Shown: one piece after another, positions 60,199 to 64,000 of the stretch
How the letters are laid out: every line of letters starts with the position of its first letter
How positions within the stretch are numbered: position 1 is the stretch's first letter
Origin: Acidobacteriota bacterium
GTDB taxonomy: Bacteria > Acidobacteriota > Terriglobia > Bryobacterales > Bryobacteraceae
DNA length: 64,000 bases
Assembly (NCBI GenBank): GCA_025354525.1
Contig: JANXMS010000480.1
Location: 3,590 to 67,589 of the forward strand
Reading direction: 5' to 3'
Notes under the pieces: model-generated
The model's database searches: none
What the model saw: only the letters and a program-made list of their open reading frames with translations
What the model was told of the DNA's origin: nothing
Position numbers and translations under genes: made by a program

Positions 60199-61674
60199 AT
60201 GCCCTGGCTGTCTTCCCTCTTAGCCCTGCCCCTCCTCGGCGTCGTCGTGCTTCTGTTCATTCCCGGCTCCGCCCGCGGCCTCATCCGCTGGTGGGCCAAC
60301 GGCGTCCTCCTCGCTGGCCTCGCCCTCGCCCTTCCCCTCTGGCAACACTTTGACCGCGCCGTCATCGGCTACCAATTCGTCGAGCGCGTCCCCTGGATCC
60401 CCTCGCTCGGTGCCCAATATCTCCTCGGCCTCGACGGCATCAGCCTCCTGCTCGTCCTGCTCACGGCCCTCCTCGGCCCCCTCGCCTCGCTCGCCTCCTG
60501 GAACGCCATTGAAGACCGAACCAAAGAGTTCTACGCCATGCTCCTGCTGCTCCAAGCCGGTATGATCGGGCTCTTTCTCGCGCTGGATCTGTTGCTCTTC
60601 TTCGTCTTCTTCGAAGTCGTCCTTGTTCCCATGTACTTCCTCATCGGCATCTGGGGTGCCGAACGCCGCCTTTACGCCGCCATCAAATTTTTCCTCTATA
60701 CCCTCGCCGGCAGCGTCATCCTCCTGCTCGGCATCATCGGCCTCTACTGGCTCGGCACCCAACAACTCGCCCACCCCACTTTTGAACTTCCCGAACTGCT
60801 CAAGCTGAAGCTCCCCCTCGACGCCCAACGCTGGCTCTTCTGGGCCTTCTTCGCCGGCTTCGCCATCAAAGTCCCGATGGTGCCCTTCCACACTTGGCTG
60901 CCCGACGCCCACACGGAAGCCCCCACCGCCGGTTCCGTTCTCCTCGCCGGCGTGCTGCTGAAAATGGGCACCTACGGCCTCATCCGTTTCTCCCTGCCGC
61001 TTTTCCCCGAAGCCGCCCGAGAAGCCGCCCCCCTCCTCGCGATACTATCGATCGTCGCCATCCTCTACGGTGCCCTTATCAGCCTCGTCCAGACGGATTG
61101 GAAGCGTCTCGTCGCCTACTCCTCGGTCAGTCACATGGGCTTCTGCACCCTCGGCATCGCCGCCCTCAACGCGAATGGCCTCGCCGGCAGCGTCCTTCAA
61201 CAGATCAACCACGGTATCTCCACCAGCCTCCTGTTCCTCCTCGTCGGCTTCGCGTATGAACGGCGTCACTCGCGGCAAATCGCGGACTACGGCGGCCTCG
61301 CCGTCGTCATGCCCCGCTTCGCGTTCGTCTTCGCCGTCGCCGTTTTCAGCTCCGCCGGCCTACCCCTGCTCAACGGCTTCATCGGCGAATTCGTCATCCT
61401 CCAAGGTGCCTTCACCGCTAACCGAACCTGGGCCGCCTTCGCCGTCCTCGGCATCGTTCTCGGTGCCGCCTATCTTCTCTGGCTCTATCAGCGCACCATG
61501 CTCGGCGATCTCCGCCACGAAGCCAATCGCGGCCTCGCCGATCTCTCCCCCCGTGAATGGGCCACCGTCCTCCCCCTCATCGCCCTCGCCCTCGCCATCG
61601 GCCTCTACCCCCAGCCCTATTTCGCCGTCCTCGAACGCCCCGTCCTCGAACTCGTCGGGAGGCTCGCCCGATGA
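60199..61674 (+). CDS. nuoM: NADH-quinone oxidoreductase subunit M
   Basis: FFEVVLVPMYFLIGIWG, HTWLPDAHTEAPTAGSVLLAGVLLKMGTYG, KRLVAYSSVSHMGF. Confidence 0.95.
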   Translation: MPWLSSLLALPLLGVVVLLFIPGSARGLIRWWANGVLLAGLALALPLWQHFDRAVIGYQFVERVPWIPSLGAQYLLGLDGISLLLVLLTALLGPLASLASWNAIEDRTKEFYAMLLLLQAGMIGLFLALDLLLFFVFFEVVLVPMYFLIGIWGAERRLYAAIKFFLYTLAGSVILLLGIIGLYWLGTQQLAHPTFELPELLKLKLPLDAQRWLFWAFFAGFAIKVPMVPFHTWLPDAHTEAPTAGSVLLAGVLLKMGTYGLIRFSLPLFPEAAREAAPLLAILSIVAILYGALISLVQTDWKRLVAYSSVSHMGFCTLGIAALNANGLAGSVLQQINHGISTSLLFLLVGFAYERRHSRQIADYGGLAVVMPRFAFVFAVAVFSSAGLPLLNGFIGEFVILQGAFTANRTWAAFAVLGIVLGAAYLLWLYQRTMLGDLRHEANRGLADLSPREWATVLPLIALALAIGLYPQPYFAVLERPVLELVGRLAR

Positions 61675-63104
61675 GCCACTTCTATACCGACGTCGACCAC
61701 TTCGCCCTCCTCCCCGCCATCATCCTCGCCCTCTTCGGCTGCGCCATCTTCCTCTTCGATGCCCTCCTCGAAGCCCGCACCCGCCGCTGGCAACTTTGTC
61801 TCGTCCTCCCCGGCCTCGCCATCACTGGCTGGCAACTCTGGAAGCAAGGCCAAGTCGGCCCCTTCACCGCCTTCCACGGCGCGCTAACCATTGATCCCTT
61901 CTCGCTTTTCTTCAACTGGCTCTTCCTCCTCACCGCCGCCCTCGTCGCCCTCATCAGCTACCGCTACCTTGAAATCGAAAACGAGCACCAAGGCGAATAC
62001 TACGGCCTCGTCCTCATGGCCCAAGCCGGCGCTTACTTCCTCGCGACCGGCACCGAACTCATCACCCTCTTCATCGGCCTCGAAACGATGTCCCTCAGCT
62101 TCTACGTCCTCGTCGGCTTCCTTCGCGAAAAGCGCCGCTCGAATGAAGCAGCCTTGAAATACCTCCTCCTCGGAGCCTTCTCCAGCGGCATCCTTGCCTA
62201 CGGCTTCTCCATCCTCTACGGCATCGCCGGCACTACGTACCTCTCTGACATCGCCGTCGCCGTCGCCGCCCGGCCCGCCTTTGACCCGCTCACCCTCATC
62301 GCCATTCTCACCATCGCCACCGGAGTCCTCTTTAAAATCTCCGCCGCCCCCTTCCACATGTGGGCCCCCGATACCTACGAAGGCGCCCCCACCGCCGTCA
62401 CCGCCTTCCTCGCCGTCGGCTCAAAAATCGCCAGCCTCGCCCTGCTCCTCCGCCTCTTCCTCGGCCCGCTCGCCAGCGCCCGGGAAGCCTGGGAACCGCT
62501 CATGGTCCTCGCCGCCGTCGCCAGCCTCACCGTCGGCAACCTCGCCGCCATCACCCAAACCAGCGCGAAGCGTCTGCTCGCCTACAGCTCCATCGCCCAC
62601 GCCGGTTATCTCCTTCTAGGTCTCATCGCCGGCAATTCGACCGGCCTCCAAGGCATCGCCATCTACACCGGCGCCTACGTCTTCATGACGATCGGCGCGT
62701 TCCTCGTTTTGATCGCCGTCCACGGCGACGAGATCGAGGACCTCAACGGCTTCGCCCGCCGCCACCCGGCCTACGCCATCCCCATGGTCGTCTTCCTCCT
62801 CTCGCTCGCCGGCCTTCCGCCCACCGCCGGCTTCCTCGGCAAATACTACATTTTCCTCGCCCTCATCGAAAGCGGTCGCTACACCCTGGCGCTAGTCGGT
62901 GCCGTCTACGTCGCCGTGTCTCTCTTCTACTATTTCCGTTTAGTCCGCTCCATGTTCCTCCTCCCCACCAGCCTAACCGTCCCGCCCGTCCCCACCAGCC
63001 TCGGCCTCCGCATCGCCCTCGGGGCCACCGGTTTCGTCACTCTCGGGGCCGGCCTGTACCCCGAACCCTTCCTCCAACTAGCCGCGAGGTCCTTGCTGAA
63101 ATGA
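61671..63104 (+). CDS. nuoN: NADH-quinone oxidoreductase subunit N
   Basis: ATG 61671 (MSHFYTDVDHFALLPAIILALFG) overlaps the nuoM stop. GLETMSLSFYVLVGF, PFHMWAPDTYEGAPTAVTAFL, KRLLAYSSIAHAGY. Confidence 0.9.
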   Translation: MSHFYTDVDHFALLPAIILALFGCAIFLFDALLEARTRRWQLCLVLPGLAITGWQLWKQGQVGPFTAFHGALTIDPFSLFFNWLFLLTAALVALISYRYLEIENEHQGEYYGLVLMAQAGAYFLATGTELITLFIGLETMSLSFYVLVGFLREKRRSNEAALKYLLLGAFSSGILAYGFSILYGIAGTTYLSDIAVAVAARPAFDPLTLIAILTIATGVLFKISAAPFHMWAPDTYEGAPTAVTAFLAVGSKIASLALLLRLFLGPLASAREAWEPLMVLAAVASLTVGNLAAITQTSAKRLLAYSSIAHAGYLLLGLIAGNSTGLQGIAIYTGAYVFMTIGAFLVLIAVHGDEIEDLNGFARRHPAYAIPMVVFLLSLAGLPPTAGFLGKYYIFLALIESGRYTLALVGAVYVAVSLFYYFRLVRSMFLLPTSLTVPPVPTSLGLRIALGATGFVTLGAGLYPEPFLQLAARSLLK

Positions 63105-64000
63105 TGGAATTCTGGCTCATTCCCATCTCGCTCATGTTGATCATCGTCGGCCTGTTCCCGCCCATCGCCGGCTACATCGTCCTCGTCGAACGCAAGGTCC
63201 TCGCCGACATGCAGGTCCGTCTCGGACCCATGCGCGTCGGCCCCCACGGTCTCCTCCAGCCGCTCGCCGACGCTCTCAAGCTCCTGCTCAAAGAAGACAT
63301 CATTCCTACCGCCGCCGACCGCGGAGTCTTCTACGTCGCGCCCATTCTCTCCATGTTCACGGCCTTCGTCGCCTTTGGCATGGTCCCCTTTTCTGAGAAA
63401 TTCCGCATCGCCGACGTCAACGTCGGCCTGCTCGTCATCAGCGCCGCGGCCAGCATCGGCATTCTCGGCATCGTCCTCGGCGGTTGGTCGTCGAACAGTC
63501 TCTATCCCCTGCTCGGCGCTCTCCGCAGCTCCGCCCAACTCGTCAGCTACGAAGTTGCAATGGCGCTCGGTTTACTCTGCGGAGTCATGTCCGCCGGCAG
63601 CCTCAGCATGGTGCAAATCGTGAAGAATCAGCAAGCCCAGGGGCTCTGGTACGTCTTCGATAACTGGGGCGCGATGATCCCGGCCTTCCTGCTGTTCTTC
63701 ATCGCCGCGGTCGCCGAAACGAACCGCTCCCCGTTCGATCTCCCGGAGGCGGAATCCGAACTTGTTGCCGGGTTCCATACCGAGTACAGCGGCTTCCGTT
63801 GGGCCCTCTACATGATGGCCGAATACGCCAACATCTTCGTCGTCTCCGCCGTCTCGGTAACTCTGTTCTGGGGTGGCTGGCTCCGTCCCTTTCCCAGCGT
63901 CGGCTGGCTCGAAATCCCGCTCAACTATGGCGTGCCCCTGCTCCTCTTCGCCGGGCCCGGCGTGCTTTCTGCCGTCTTCCTAGCACCCAAGCTCAAGTAC
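63101..64000 (+). CDS. nuoH: NADH-quinone oxidoreductase subunit H (3' end outside the window; not in the ORF track because no stop is reached)
   Basis: Hand translation from ATG 63101: MMEFWLIPISLMLIIVGLFPPIAGYIVLVERKVLADMQVRLGPMRVGPHGLLQPLADALKLLLKED... and AETNRSPFDLPEAESELVAGFHTEYSGFRWALYMMAEY. ATGA overlap with nuoN. Confidence 0.9.
   Translation, partial: MMEFWLIPISLMLIIVGLFPPIAGYIVLVERKVLADMQVRLGPMRVGPHGLLQPLADALKLLLKEDIIPTAADRGVFYVAPILSMFTAFVAFGMVPFSEKFRIADVNVGLLVISAAASIGILGIVLGGWSSNSLYPLLGALRSSAQLVSYEVAMALGLLCGVMSAGSLSMVQIVKNQQAQGLWYVFDNWGAMIPAFLLFFIAAVAETNRSPFDLPEAESELVAGFHTEYSGFRWALYMMAEYANIFVVSAVSVTLFWGGWLRPFPSVGWLEIPLNYGVPLLLFAGPGVLSAVFLAPKLKY

Noticed and set aside
1-64000. A search for CRISPR arrays, tandem repeats, rRNA/tRNA genes, IS elements, integrases and prophage genes.
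   Set aside because: I saw no regularly spaced direct repeats, no tRNA-like cloverleaf candidates in the few real intergenic gaps, and no transposase or integrase motifs (DDE, or tyrosine recombinase R..H..R..Y) in any listed ORF. The only substantial repeats are the sulfatase paralogs and the short duplicated gene stump at 29827-29937. A scan by eye cannot exclude short or degenerate elements.

Overview
High-GC (spot counts above 60% in most genes) bacterial chromosomal segment. The gene content fits Acidobacteriota of the Solibacter/Bryobacter type: a PEP-CTERM protein, a DUF1552 remnant, ECF sigma factors including one coupled to a TPR Ser/Thr kinase, and Tat-motif enzymes. This taxon call is an inference.

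Layout:
- 1-13.4 kb: housekeeping genes (ispA-tlyA-nadK, DAACS symporter, polyferredoxin/FAD oxidoreductase pair, hfq-like, holB-tmk-UDG-coaBC-rpoZ-gmk-yicC).
- 14.3-15.7 kb: small lower-GC islet with a multiply broken HTH antitoxin remnant and a TIR-like gene carrying one in-frame TGA.
- 15.7-23.2 kb: msbA-like/GT9/Trm112, then a sugar-acid cluster (eda, Tat-motif dehydratase, SSS transporter) and a sulfatase.
- 23.3-28.8 kb: S8/kexin-like protease, and an ECF sigma translationally coupled to a Ser/Thr kinase.
- 28.8-34 kb: a deletion-riddled second sulfatase copy, followed by an orphan three-gene operon (small helical protein, LysM/PG-binding protein, 730-aa unknown protein).
- 34-45.8 kb: PQQ dehydrogenase, DUF1552 and enolase-superfamily pseudogenes, YfhO, PEP-CTERM protein, an alpha/beta-hydrolase ghost, M28 peptidase, P450, and a PHM/DBH-like copper monooxygenase.
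- 45.8-53 kb: ispF-ispD-PIN/TRAM, an AT-rich two-gene Panacea (DUF4065) antitoxin + 2-TM ORF islet, murB, a frameshifted ECF sigma/anti-sigma pair, and DUF2461.
- 53-64 kb: TPR-peroxiredoxin and a non-canonical complex I cluster, nuoC-D-I-J-K-L-M-N-H.

I recognised no rRNA, tRNA, CRISPR array, transposase or integrase.

The most interesting items are the orphan LysM operon, the candidate PanA/PanT pair, the TIR-like islet, and the density of inactivated accessory genes next to intact core genes.

All family assignments come from motif recognition by eye. No database search was run.
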